Positions 52,116-62,035 of a DNA stretch of 64,000 nt are shown here, in pieces. Made by a program: the position numbers and the translations under genes. Each line of letters starts with the position of its first letter. Position 1 is the stretch's first letter. Under the pieces are notes generated by a model. That model saw only the letters and a list, made by a program, of their open reading frames with translations, was not told where the DNA came from and did not search any database. Origin of the DNA: Opitutia bacterium (lineage in GTDB: Bacteria; Verrucomicrobiota; Verrucomicrobiia; Opitutales; Opitutaceae); the NCBI GenBank assembly GCA_947478395.1, contig CANJVR010000001.1:128001-192000 (forward strand), given 5' to 3'.

Positions 52116-52904
52116 TCAGGCGCCGAGCTTCTTCTTCGCGGCTTCCGGGACTTCGATTTTCGTGGTGCCGATGTCCTTGATCTCGGTCGTCGTGGTCCGG
52201 TCGGTGTCACGCGGACCGTTGCGACCTTCGACCGTGCCTTTGACGTGCAGCTCGTATTTCGCGAGCGCACCGTCCTTCAGCCAAAATTTAACCGAGCCCA
52301 TTGCGTTCGTGGGGGCAGCCGGCGCTTGGCCGCCACCGAAACCACGACCACCGCCCATGGCGAGGCGTTGGCCCACGGCCGTCGCGTTCAGATCGCCCAC
52401 GAGCACGCCATCGACCGCCTTAAGTTCTTTCACTTCGGTCAGGAGTGCCTCGACATCGTCGGCCGGGGCCGCACCGCCGCCGAACATTCCAAATCCACCG
52501 CCGCCGGCGCGTCCGCCTTGACCACCAGGACCGCCGGGTGCGCCACCTGCGCCGCCGCCGGGACCGCCCGCGCCGCCGAACTGGGCCCGCATCTCGTCCA
52601 TGGTCATCCAGTCGCCGCCCTGCGGGTTCTGCATCACGATGGTGTCGCCCTTGCGCAAGGTCTGCATCGCGCCGTTGGGGGTTTCGCGCGTGGTGATCGA
52701 AACGCCGCCTTTCTCCGCTTTACCGGAAGTGGCTCCACCGCCGAAGCCTCCCTGCCCTCCCGCATTTTCCGTGGTCGTGGACCAGCTATAATTTGGAGCA
52801 TCGGAAAGTTTCTTGGCGGCCGCTTTGAGATCGTCGACAGGAGCAGCGTGGGAAAACGCCGCGAACGCAGCGGCGGCAAACGTGGAGACAAGGATTTTGT
52901 TCAT
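52116..52904 (-). CDS. Secreted hypothetical protein with Gly-rich inserts
   Basis: Signal peptide MNKILVSTFAAAAFAAFSHA followed by a beta-rich body. Confidence 0.7.
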   Translation of the reverse strand: MNKILVSTFAAAAFAAFSHAAPVDDLKAAAKKLSDAPNYSWSTTTENAGGQGGFGGGATSGKAEKGGVSITTRETPNGAMQTLRKGDTIVMQNPQGGDWMTMDEMRAQFGGAGGPGGGAGGAPGGPGGQGGRAGGGGFGMFGGGAAPADDVEALLTEVKELKAVDGVLVGDLNATAVGQRLAMGGGRGFGGGQAPAAPTNAMGSVKFWLKDGALAKYELHVKGTVEGRNGPRDTDRTTTTEIKDIGTTKIEVPEAAKKKLGA

Positions 52905-52942
52905 GGGAGCTTTCGGGGTTGGAGTTCGGAAATCGCCAAGCG

Positions 52943-54223
52943 TTACTTCGCCTTCGCGAGTTCCACCGCATAGACGTGCATCGCCCCGTGAAGGTTCGAA
53001 CGAAAAATGATCCACTTCATGTCCGGGCTGAAATGCACGTTGGGCTCCAGTTGATAATTGTGCTGGCTCAGGTTGACGAGCCGTTCGGCCTTGAACACCC
53101 CGACGTCGATCAAGGTGTCGGCGCTCGGGTTCTTGATTCCGGCCACATCGGGCACGCGTTCCGGACTGAATAGGTAGAGCCATTTACCGTCGGGGGCATG
53201 CGCGACCATCTCGTTGTCGCCCCCATCGCCGGCGAACAGTTTGCCGTCGGGCGAAATTGTGAAATGCACCGACCAGTAGTTTCGATCGAGGTGATAACGC
53301 GTGCGCTTGCCGGTCGCGAAGTCGACACCCGCCACCCAGAAATCTTCGCCGCGCGGCGTCTGCAGATCGTACCACATGCCCTTGCCGTCGGGGGCGAAGA
53401 ATTCGTGGCCGGCGATCTCCATGTTCATCGTGCGGGCGTGCAGATTTTTTAAGCCCGACCCGTCCGTGCGCACGGCCCAAAGTCGGTCGACCCGGTGCCA
53501 CGGGCCTTCATGGCAAAATACCACGAGCTGCGGATCGGTGGGCGAAAATTGCACGTGACCGAGCCAGTCCGTGGCGCGGTTGAACTTCGTCACCTTCCCG
53601 TTGCGCAGATCGAGCGTGAAGAGCGCCATCGGAATCTTTTTCTCCAGCCGCTCATTGAGGAGAACTTCACGTTGTTCAGCGAACGGGAGTTCCTGGCCTT
53701 GCGGTCCGCGAATGATCTGGCCCGGCGCCGGCCAGCCTACGGTCCCGGTAGGCTTCTCCCCCTCGTACAGCGTGCCGGCTACCAGGGTTTCGTCCGCGTT
53801 GATCGCCGACATCGCCGTGTCGGGCGGAAGCTTCGCGAGTTCGCGCGTGACCAGCGTATCGATGTGCGTGACCCAGATCGCACCGTCTTTTTCGTAGTAA
53901 ACGTTGCGCGTCTTCCGCCCAACCTCAACGCCGCCGCTCCCGCGCACGGTGTACTTTAGACCGGGCACGATGAGTTTGATTTCGTGGGTTTTAAGATCGA
54001 TGACCGACAATCCGCCCGGCGTGACGAACACCATCTTGTCCCCTTCGGCAGTGAAAGGATTCTGGTGAAAGTAGAGGCTCGCACTCTCCGGCTCGCGCGA
54101 GAGGCGCACGACGCGATGGCCGGTGTCGGCATCAATCCATTCGGTCGGCGGTTCGGCCGCGACAAGCGAGACCGCGCGGAGCAGGCCGAGAAAAAGGAAA
54201 ATTCGGAGCGATAGAGCGGACAT
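52943..54223 (-). CDS. Oligogalacturonate lyase (PL22-like beta-propeller)
   Basis: DTGHRVVRLS, YFHQN, CHEGPW, GHEF and EPNVHFSPD. Confidence 0.85.
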   Translation of the reverse strand: MSALSLRIFLFLGLLRAVSLVAAEPPTEWIDADTGHRVVRLSREPESASLYFHQNPFTAEGDKMVFVTPGGLSVIDLKTHEIKLIVPGLKYTVRGSGGVEVGRKTRNVYYEKDGAIWVTHIDTLVTRELAKLPPDTAMSAINADETLVAGTLYEGEKPTGTVGWPAPGQIIRGPQGQELPFAEQREVLLNERLEKKIPMALFTLDLRNGKVTKFNRATDWLGHVQFSPTDPQLVVFCHEGPWHRVDRLWAVRTDGSGLKNLHARTMNMEIAGHEFFAPDGKGMWYDLQTPRGEDFWVAGVDFATGKRTRYHLDRNYWSVHFTISPDGKLFAGDGGDNEMVAHAPDGKWLYLFSPERVPDVAGIKNPSADTLIDVGVFKAERLVNLSQHNYQLEPNVHFSPDMKWIIFRSNLHGAMHVYAVELAKAK

Positions 54224-54503
54224 GACGGGGAAGATGGAGGGAAGCGGCAGAAGATTAAGTCTTTTATTCATGAGACACACGGAGCACTCGGAATAGCACC
54301 AATAAGCGCGACGCCTTCATCCTTTGAGCGCGGATTCATGGCGTCCGGATAAAATCCATGACTGTTTCCAGGTGTTCTGTGGGCAAATAGCTAAATCCGT
54401 GCGCCCGATTCCGGCTCAGTGCGCCTTCGCGATTTCCACGGCGCAGCCGTGCGTGGCGCCGTGCCCGCACGCTGCGACGTCGAACGCGTAACCGACGCGA
54501 CGC

Positions 54504-55955
54504 TTACTTTTTCGCCTTCGCGATTTCGACGGCGTAAACGTGGTTCGCGCCTTGGAAATTACCGGTGAAGATCACCCACTTGTTGTCGGGCGTGATCGAG
54601 CCGTTGGGCTCCACGCCGCCGCGGCCGGTCACGTAATTATGCTTCGCCATGTTGACGAGTTTCTCGCGCGGCATCGTGCCGTCGGCCTGCGGACGGAAAA
54701 GATTGATCCACATCCCGTTTTTCGAAAACGCCACCTGCGTCTCATCGCCGCCGTCGCCCATGAAAAGGGTGCCGTCGCGCGAACGATTGTAGTGTACGGA
54801 CCAGGCATCGCGATCGACCGGGTAGCGCGTTTCTTTGCCACTCGCGAGGTCCACGCCCGCGATCCAGAAGACCTGGCTGCGCGGCGTCTGCAGGTCGAAC
54901 CAGATGCTTTTGCCGTCGAAGGCCCACCACTCGTGCCCGGCGATTTCCATGTCCATCGTGCGCTTGTGGCGGAGCGTTTGCTCCGTGCCGTCGGTGCGGA
55001 TGGTCCACACGCGATCCACTTCGTGCCACGTGCCTTCATAGCAATAGAGCAGCATCGTCGGATCGGTGGGTGAGAACTGCATGTGGTTCAGCGAACCATA
55101 TTGATAACCGACGGTCTTCGCTTCGCCGGTTTTGAGATTGGTAAAGATGTACGCCATGCCGGTCGGATTCACTGCGCGCCGGGCGAGACCTTCTTCCTTG
55201 TTGACCGCGTATTGCTGCTCGGGCGTGAGGTCGGTCAATTTCTTTCCGGGAAACATCCGCTCGAGCTGGGGCTTCGGTTCGCGAAAGGCCGGCTTGGGCG
55301 TAGCGCCAGATGGATCTTCGGCCGCGATCGTCGAAAGCGTGAACGTTTCATCGGCGTTGATCAGCGCGCGCGTGGCGTTCGGAACTTTGCGCTCAGCCTT
55401 CGTATCGACGTTGAACGCGAAGACTTCGCCACCGCCGAAGCCGCCGCCGCCGCCGCCGCGTCCACCGCGGGCGCCGGCCGCGGGAGATGCGTCGGGCGCC
55501 GGAGGCAGGGCCGCCGTCGTGGCCGCCGCGGGCGCGGCACCAGCGGCGGGATTCGCTGGAGCGCCAGGAGCAACCGCTCCCCGAGCACCGCGACCGCCGC
55601 CCTGCGCACCGCCGCGAACGAAATAAATTTCCCGAGTGCGGCGTGCCGCATAACTACCGCGACCGCCCTCGATCGCGATCTCCGACTGCGGCGGAGTGAC
55701 GCCGAGCTTGGTGATATCGATCATCCCAATGCCACCGCTGGCTATTTCGAAAATCAGTTTATCGCCCTGTGGCGTATAGGAGTTGTCGTGGAAATAAAGC
55801 GTGCGGCTGCCCGGAACGGTCGAGAGGCGGATGATCCGGTGACCGGTGTCAGCATCGATCCAATCGGTGGCATCGGGCGGGATGTCGGCCGCATGCGCCA
55901 GCCAGGAGGCAGCGACAAAGACCAACGCGGAAGCGAAACGAGCGGGATGATTCAT
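54504..55955 (-). CDS. Second oligogalacturonate lyase-family protein with a Gly/Ala/Pro insert
   Basis: DTGHRIIRLS, CYEGTW and GHEWW; paralog of 52943-54223. Confidence 0.82.
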   Translation of the reverse strand: MNHPARFASALVFVAASWLAHAADIPPDATDWIDADTGHRIIRLSTVPGSRTLYFHDNSYTPQGDKLIFEIASGGIGMIDITKLGVTPPQSEIAIEGGRGSYAARRTREIYFVRGGAQGGGRGARGAVAPGAPANPAAGAAPAAATTAALPPAPDASPAAGARGGRGGGGGGFGGGEVFAFNVDTKAERKVPNATRALINADETFTLSTIAAEDPSGATPKPAFREPKPQLERMFPGKKLTDLTPEQQYAVNKEEGLARRAVNPTGMAYIFTNLKTGEAKTVGYQYGSLNHMQFSPTDPTMLLYCYEGTWHEVDRVWTIRTDGTEQTLRHKRTMDMEIAGHEWWAFDGKSIWFDLQTPRSQVFWIAGVDLASGKETRYPVDRDAWSVHYNRSRDGTLFMGDGGDETQVAFSKNGMWINLFRPQADGTMPREKLVNMAKHNYVTGRGGVEPNGSITPDNKWVIFTGNFQGANHVYAVEIAKAKK

Positions 55956-56083
55956 GGGGATAAATTGGTATTCCACGCGCAAAGACGGAGCCGGTCGGAA
56001 AACGGCTCGCGCCGATGAAAAACAGAAAACCAACGCGGCCGGACTAACCTAGCGCAGTTTAAGTTTTTCTGGGGCGATTTTTC

Positions 56084-56109
56084 GTAGCGGCAGGCGTCTC
56101 TGCCTGCCG
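56084..56109 (+). repeat. GTAG-type REP element
   Basis: GTAG-CGGCAGGC-GTCTCT-GCCTGCCG; same family as 60688-60757. Confidence 0.7.
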
Positions 56110-56152
56110 GGTTTAGGGTTCTCGTAGCGACTCCACTTGCGGTTAAACTGCT

Positions 56153-57295
56153 TTAGCGCGCCACGGCCGATTTGCCGGCGAGCTGCCAGACTTCGCTGCC
56201 GGCCAGCAGGAAACAGCCGATGCCGAAATCTTCAAAGTCCGGCGCCTTGTCTACCGCCGTGGGTTGGCCCTCGCTCGGTTGTTTACCCGTGCCTTGGACA
56301 TAACCCAGAAAACCGTTCGGCTGGGCCGACTCGGTGGCCAAGGCCTTCCACGCCTTCGCGATGACGGGCCGATAGACCGCGGCGTCGAGCACCCCGTGTC
56401 GCACGCCCCAAGCCATACCATAGGTAAACAGCGCCGTGCCCGAGGTCTCCTTGCCACCGAAATTATTCGGATCATGCAAACTCGCGTTCCAGAAACCATC
56501 CGAACGCTGCACTTTTCGCAGCGCCTCGCACATCGTCTGGAGCATGGAAACATATTCCGCCCGGTGGGGCGCGTCGGCGGGCAGGATGTCGAGGACGCGG
56601 ACCAGCGCAGCCACGACCCAGCCATTGCCACGGGACCAGTAGCAATCCTCGCCATTGGGCTCTTTGTAGGGGGCAACGAAATCCTTGTCGCGCCACCAGA
56701 GACCGTCGGCCGGATTAAATAGTCCTTTGCCACCCTCCACGTTTTTCGTGTGGAGGTACATCGCGTGCATTTTCTCGAAATACTTCGGATCCTTCGTGAT
56801 CACGCCGAGACGGGCAAAAACCGGCATACCCATTTGGATCGCATCGATCCAAGTCCAGTCGTTGTCGCGATCGCCTGAGACGATAAAATCGATGTCCGCC
56901 TTGATATCGCGCATCCGCTCCGGCTTCGGATCGAGCAGGTAAAGCTCCAAGTAGGTCTGTCCACAGCACTGGTCGTCGGCATTGCGCGTACGGGTGCCCG
57001 TGCGCAATCCCCACTTGTGAAAATCGCCCCAGCGTACCGCGTAGTCGAGCGCCTTCGCGTCAGGCGCAATCCGTTGCACCGCCGTCAGACCCTCGTAGTA
57101 AACGCCGCGCGTCCAGATGTTGCTCGGACGCGCGCGGTTGGTGACGATCTCTTTGCCCGGATCGGGCCACTTTTCCATGAAGTAGCGATTCACCCGTTGG
57201 AGCGGCTCCAGGATCTGGGCTTGCGAGGGCAACTCCTGCGCGGACAGCGAGGCGGCGAAGACGGCAAAGGCGACGAAAGATGGGGCGAGTTTCAT
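56153..57295 (-). CDS. GH105/GH88 unsaturated (rhamno)galacturonyl hydrolase
   Basis: WIDAIQM, WSRGNGWV and ETSGTA; start moved to ATG 57295. Confidence 0.88.
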   Translation of the reverse strand: MKLAPSFVAFAVFAASLSAQELPSQAQILEPLQRVNRYFMEKWPDPGKEIVTNRARPSNIWTRGVYYEGLTAVQRIAPDAKALDYAVRWGDFHKWGLRTGTRTRNADDQCCGQTYLELYLLDPKPERMRDIKADIDFIVSGDRDNDWTWIDAIQMGMPVFARLGVITKDPKYFEKMHAMYLHTKNVEGGKGLFNPADGLWWRDKDFVAPYKEPNGEDCYWSRGNGWVVAALVRVLDILPADAPHRAEYVSMLQTMCEALRKVQRSDGFWNASLHDPNNFGGKETSGTALFTYGMAWGVRHGVLDAAVYRPVIAKAWKALATESAQPNGFLGYVQGTGKQPSEGQPTAVDKAPDFEDFGIGCFLLAGSEVWQLAGKSAVAR

Positions 57296-57473
57296 CAGTT
57301 CGACTAAATTTTGGCCGAAACAAAAATTGTTCAAGCCCTCGGATCGGCTCCAGCGTCCCAGATCCGCGGACAGTCCTTGATGAATGCGCATCAGCCGATG
57401 TCTCGAAACAAAACGATCGAGTGCGCGTCTGTGCTTTCCGGCCTCTAATTTTACGTCGTATCCCTTACTTCCT

Positions 57474-58394
57474 ATGCCCTTCGTCCGCCTGCTCCAAACC
57501 GCCTTCCACTGTTTTGCATTCGTCGCTCCCGTCGCCGGCTTGATCGCGCAAACTCCGTCGGCGGCCCCAACCGCCAACACCGCTGTGGCCGCCGCACCTG
57601 CCCCCGCGCGCCCGCGGCCGGGTCAACCCGAGCCGGCCAACGCCAAGCTGCCTTCCCTCTTTCTCATCGGTGACTCGACCGTGCGCAATGGCGCCGGCGA
57701 TGGCGCCGGCGGCCAATGGGGTTGGGGCGAACCGCTCACGGCATTCTTCGATCCGGCAAAAATCAATGTCGTCAACCGGGCCGTCGGCGGACTCAGCAGC
57801 CGCACCTACCTCACGCTCGGCAATTGGGAGCGCGCGTTGCCCCTGATGAAGTCGGGCGACTTCGTCATCATGCAGTTCGGGCACAACGACGATTGGGCCC
57901 TGAACAACGAGATTGAGGGCCAACCGCTCCGCGCCCGCGGCACGATCAAAGGCACCGGCGACGAATCCGTCGAAATCGACAACGTCATGACCAAGAAACA
58001 CGAGGTCGTGCACAGCTACGGCTGGTATCTGCGCCGTTTCATCGCCGACGCGCGCGAACGCGGCGTCACTCCGATCGTGGCCTCGCTCGTGCCCCGCAAG
58101 AAAATGGAAAACGGCAAGGTGCTCCACGAACCCTACGCGGCGTGGGCGGCCGAGGTCGCGCAGGCGACCAAAACGTGGTACCTGCCATTGAATGAAATCA
58201 TCTCCCGGCGCTACGAAGCGCTCGGCGCCGAGAAAGTGGGGCCGCTTTTCGCTGATGCCAACACTCACACCACGCGCGAGGGCGCGGAAATCAATGCGGC
58301 CAGCGTCGTCGGCGGATTAAAGGCGTTGCCCGGCCATCCGCTCGACGCCTATCTCTCGCCGCGAGGCGCCGCCGTGGAAAAGGAAACCAAATAA
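57474..58394 (+). CDS. Rhamnogalacturonan acetylesterase (CE12, SGNH)
   Basis: IGDSTV, GWG, GGLSSRTY, QFGHND and DANTH. Confidence 0.88.
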   Translation: MPFVRLLQTAFHCFAFVAPVAGLIAQTPSAAPTANTAVAAAPAPARPRPGQPEPANAKLPSLFLIGDSTVRNGAGDGAGGQWGWGEPLTAFFDPAKINVVNRAVGGLSSRTYLTLGNWERALPLMKSGDFVIMQFGHNDDWALNNEIEGQPLRARGTIKGTGDESVEIDNVMTKKHEVVHSYGWYLRRFIADARERGVTPIVASLVPRKKMENGKVLHEPYAAWAAEVAQATKTWYLPLNEIISRRYEALGAEKVGPLFADANTHTTREGAEINAASVVGGLKALPGHPLDAYLSPRGAAVEKETK

Positions 58395-58440
58395 CGCGCC
58401 GTTTCCGGCGCGAAGACACCGCGCCCGCCCCTCCCCTCTC

Positions 58441-59322
58441 ATGAACATCCCTGGCCCCATCGTCCTCGTCCTCGCGCTCGCCCTGCCCACGCTCGGCACC
58501 GCGGCGCAAATTTCCTCGGAAGGCGAGCCCATGCGTTCCGTGCGCGACGGAGATTTCATGTTTTCGTTTCTGCCCAAATCGCTCCAACGGAATCCCATCA
58601 TCGACATGACGGTGAACACCGAGGTCACCAACTACGGCCGTCTGATGCGTCCGGTGTCACCCGAGAGTCCGATGTACTACGTCGCCGCACCTTCGGGATT
58701 CAAGCAGCTCGGCGCGGCGCTCTACGGCGAAAAGTCACCGCCCGTCACCGAGCTCGAACGGGCGATGAAAAAATCGTTGGCCACCACCGGCTATGTTGAG
58801 AGCACGCTACCCGAGCATCCGCCGACGCTCGCGGTCATCTATTATTGGGGCTCGCACAATAAACTCGATCCCGAGACCGCGACGAATTTCCCGGACTTGG
58901 CTGCGCGTTACCAACTCGAACGCGCCGTCCTGGTCGGTGGAAAAAAATATTCTTCCAATCTGGCTCGGGCCCTCGAATACGGCGCGGGGCCGGAAGACCG
59001 TTCGAACGATCGCGAATACCTGCGCTATCAAAGCGCCGACGATCTCTATTTTGTCGTCGCATCCGCCTACGACTATGCCGCCTTGTCTCGTGGCCAGCGA
59101 AAGCTCGTGTGGCGCACCACGATGACGGCTAATGCAACCGGCGTGAACATGAAGGACAGCATCGTGCCGTTGATCGCGACGGCGGGGCCTTACTTCGGCA
59201 AGGAAACCGTCGATCCGCAAATCGCCGCCCGCAAGGTTTCGCGCGAGGGCCGCGTCGAGATCGGCGAATCGAAAGTAATTAACGACCCCGCGCCGGAGAT
59301 CCCGGCCAGCAAGCAGCCTTGA
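58441..59322 (+). CDS. Exported hypothetical protein
   Basis: Signal peptide, 293 aa, coding-like codon use. Confidence 0.7.
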   Translation: MNIPGPIVLVLALALPTLGTAAQISSEGEPMRSVRDGDFMFSFLPKSLQRNPIIDMTVNTEVTNYGRLMRPVSPESPMYYVAAPSGFKQLGAALYGEKSPPVTELERAMKKSLATTGYVESTLPEHPPTLAVIYYWGSHNKLDPETATNFPDLAARYQLERAVLVGGKKYSSNLARALEYGAGPEDRSNDREYLRYQSADDLYFVVASAYDYAALSRGQRKLVWRTTMTANATGVNMKDSIVPLIATAGPYFGKETVDPQIAARKVSREGRVEIGESKVINDPAPEIPASKQP

Positions 59323-59600
59323 AGAGGTCACGCGTTTAAAAGGTGGGGCGGGCTATCCTCGAACCGCCGGTTACGGCGCCCGCCCACGCGAGGTTTCTCA
59401 GGCCTGTTTTCAACGGCACCTCGAGCATCGGCGAACTCACCTCGGTCGGATTGTTGCCCATCACGACCGTCACGCTGACCGCACGATGAACGCGTCGGGG
59501 GCGATCGAGTAAGAAATCCTGCGCTTCATTGATCGCCTTGCTTCCGTTTGGAACGGGACCTTGACAGCGCCAAGGTCCTACGCCTGCTTTTCGCCCAGAC

Positions 59601-59702
59601 ATGAACCTTAACGGCACGACGCTTCGCGTTTCGCTCCTCGCCCACTCCTCCGTGGTCGCAGTCGTCGTCGTGTCCGTTAGACACGCGCCGAGAGGGTTCT
59701 GA
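59601..59702 (+). CDS. Putative attenuator leader peptide (33 aa; 8 Val, 4 Leu)
   Basis: MNLNGTTLRVSLLAHSSVVAVVVVSVRHAPRGF*, with TTGACA at 59561. Confidence 0.7.
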   Translation: MNLNGTTLRVSLLAHSSVVAVVVVSVRHAPRGF

Positions 59703-59718
59703 TCGTCTCCAGACTTTC

Positions 59719-59751
59719 GCCCCTCCGGTGCCACACCGGAGGGGCTTTTTT
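59719..59751 (+). terminator. Attenuator terminator hairpin
   Basis: GCCCCTCCGGTG-CCA-CACCGGAGGGGC plus T6. CCGAGAGGG in the leader can pair with the 5' arm as an antiterminator. Confidence 0.85.
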
Positions 59752-59816
59752 ATGGGCCACTTTCCGGTGCCGGCCCGGGCGGGTTTTTAGCACAAAAACC
59801 AAAAACAACATCCGCC

Positions 59817-60011
59817 ATGTACACCGCCCTCCCAATCCAGCCGACGCGCCATGCCCGTCAGCCCATCCTGGCGTTCCGCCAGACAGCTACGCCCGCGCCC
59901 ACACCGCCGCCGCCGCCCACCCACGATTTTCTTGTGATGAGCGCCTGCCCGGATTTTACGCCGGAGCTGAGCCCCGCCTATCGCGAACGCATCGCTCAAC
60001 GATGCGCGTGA
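59817..60011 (+). CDS. Small hypothetical protein (64 aa)
   Basis: ATG after an A-rich tract, directly downstream of the attenuator. No family recognised. Confidence 0.45.
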   Translation: MYTALPIQPTRHARQPILAFRQTATPAPTPPPPPTHDFLVMSACPDFTPELSPAYRERIAQRCA

Positions 60012-60126
60012 TGGCCACAAACCTGCGGCGCGCCAGCGCCTTCATGGTCTTGAGGAGCGCGGCGCTACCTTCTGTTCGCGGCTTCGGGCTCGCCATCCGG
60101 GTCAACCGACCGCTCTTTTTGTGACT

Positions 60127-60654
60127 ATGGCGATTCTTCCAACTCCTCTTTCCAAACCGCAGCGCGGCCAGCCTTGCTCCTGCGGCAGCGGTCAGCTTTT
60201 CGAAGTGTGCTGCGAGCCGATCCTCACGCGCCAACGCCCGGCCGCCAACGCCGAGCAACTCATGCGTTCCCGCTTCACGGCTCACGTCGCCGGCGACGAC
60301 GCTCATCTCCACCGCTCCTACCAGGGCACGGCCAGTCTGCCCTACGTCGCCGAGCCGGCGTCCGAGGGCGCGCCGGCGTGGACCCGACTCGTTGTTCACC
60401 ACCATGACGTCGGCCCGACACCGGGTCTGGCCTTCGTGGAATTCTCCGCCTTCTACATCGAGCAAGACGTCGAACGCGTGCTGCAGGAAAAAGCCGAGTT
60501 CCACCAGATCAACGGCGAATGGATCTACACCCGCGCCGTCCGCCAGGGCCCCGCGCCCTATCGCGCGGCGCAAGCCAAGCCCGGCCGCAACGATCCGTGT
60601 CCGTGCGGCAGCGGAAAAAAATTCAAACAGTGCTGTCTGCTGAAAACGGGCTAA
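60127..60654 (+). CDS. ychJ: YchJ family SEC-C metal-binding protein
   Basis: [24 protein letters not shown] and C-terminal [18 protein letters not shown]. Confidence 0.88.
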   Translation: MAILPTPLSKPQRGQPCSCGSGQLFEVCCEPILTRQRPAANAEQLMRSRFTAHVAGDDAHLHRSYQGTASLPYVAEPASEGAPAWTRLVVHHHDVGPTPGLAFVEFSAFYIEQDVERVLQEKAEFHQINGEWIYTRAVRQGPAPYRAAQAKPGRNDPCPCGSGKKFKQCCLLKTG

Positions 60655-60687
60655 AGCGGTCTAACCAAAAGCGTAGCCGCTGACGAC

Positions 60688-60757
60688 GTAGCAGCCGGCG
60701 TCCCTGCCTGCCGAAATGAGGACGCTGAACGCGGCAGGCCGGGACGCCTGCCGCTAC
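60688..60757. repeat. REPIN-like pair of inverted GTAG REPs
   Basis: GTAGCAGCCGGCGTCCCTGCCTGCCG ... CGGCAGGCCGGGACGCCTGCCGCTAC. Confidence 0.75.
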
Positions 60758-60818
60758 ACAGAACGGCCACGGAAAAACTTAACCGCGCCGCCCAAGCCCG
60801 CGGCAAAGGGAAGACCGG

Positions 60819-61901
60819 TTACTTGGTCACCGGCTTGTACCCCTGCCAGACCCATTCGAGCGCTTGCGGGTACGTTTGGGCGATGACCTTACCGTCGGTG
60901 TGGCCCGCCGCTTTGGCGTAGACCAGCTGATAGTGGTAGCCCTTGGCCTTGAGGACGGCGGCCATCTGCTTGTTCGCGATGATCCAGTTACGGTAAGCCG
61001 AACCGGCGGTCGCGGCTCCATTGTCATTCTGTGAAACGTGCAGCCAGACGCGCAACGGTTTGGCCGGGCTCTTCGGGATGAAATTCTCATGGTATTCCCA
61101 TGCACCGTGCGGCGCGGACTCGTCGCGCTTCAAACCGACAAACGTGCCCGAATACGACAGCACGCGGCGATAAAGCTCCGGGTGAAACCACGCCATCGTA
61201 AACGCCGCCACCCCGCCCGAGCTGCCGCCGAGCGTCATGCGCCCGTCCGGGTCTTTCGTGATGACCACGCCGGCCTCTTTTTCCGCCCGCGGTAAAACCT
61301 CCGCTTCCACAAACTCAGCGTACTTAGCGGAGACGACGTCGTATTCCATGCTCCGCTCGGTCCCGCCGTTCGCGATCATCACCGCGACGATCACCGGCAG
61401 ACGTTTGTCGGCGATCATGTTGTCGAGAATGTTGGGGAGCTGATTGTTTCGCGCCCCGTAGGCATCACACGACACGATCACAGCCGCCGGTTTGCCGGCG
61501 ACGTATTGAGCGGGAACATAGACGGTCACCGCGCGCTTGAACGTGGCGCCGTCGACGCCGGGATAAAATTTACTGTCGGCCGAATCCATCGTAAACGTGA
61601 CGATCTTTCCGTGCGGCCCACCCTCGCGCCCGGTCTGCTCGGGCGCGGGAGCGTACGTCGGGCCGACGGAATAGCTACCATCGCCGGCGCCGGCCTTCCA
61701 AGCGGGCAGCTCGCCGAGCTGGTCGATGTCGGCCTGCTCGGCCGGCGTGATCGGAGCAGCCGGAGGACCGCCCCTCCGCGCCGCGGGCGCGCCCGCCGGA
61801 GCGGCCGCCGGCGCGTCAGCGCCCAACACCGAATACGCGGACGAGAGCAGGACAAGCGCAGCGAGGGCGCGAATTAGGCGGAGGTTTGATTTTAGGGGCA
61901 T
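60819..61901 (-). CDS. Exported enterochelin-esterase-like alpha/beta hydrolase
   Basis: VYVPAQY, LDNMIA and GGSSGG. Confidence 0.82.
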   Translation of the reverse strand: MPLKSNLRLIRALAALVLLSSAYSVLGADAPAAAPAGAPAARRGGPPAAPITPAEQADIDQLGELPAWKAGAGDGSYSVGPTYAPAPEQTGREGGPHGKIVTFTMDSADSKFYPGVDGATFKRAVTVYVPAQYVAGKPAAVIVSCDAYGARNNQLPNILDNMIADKRLPVIVAVMIANGGTERSMEYDVVSAKYAEFVEAEVLPRAEKEAGVVITKDPDGRMTLGGSSGGVAAFTMAWFHPELYRRVLSYSGTFVGLKRDESAPHGAWEYHENFIPKSPAKPLRVWLHVSQNDNGAATAGSAYRNWIIANKQMAAVLKAKGYHYQLVYAKAAGHTDGKVIAQTYPQALEWVWQGYKPVTK

Positions 61902-62035
61902 GGGTTTGGGGTTGGGCCATCGGGGTTGTGCTCGCTTCGTCAACGACGGGCCAGATCAAATCCCAAGTTCGGTGCACGGTCATTTCAAACGGCTCGACGC
62001 CGGCCATCGTCGGCGTTCCATTTCTGCACTGCCCC

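Noticed and set aside
59336..59520. Possible ncRNA or IS end (AGGCCTGTTTTCAAC) after the hypothetical gene
   Set aside because: No partner inverted repeat or recognisable RNA family; only the REP-like hairpin at 59343 is supportable.
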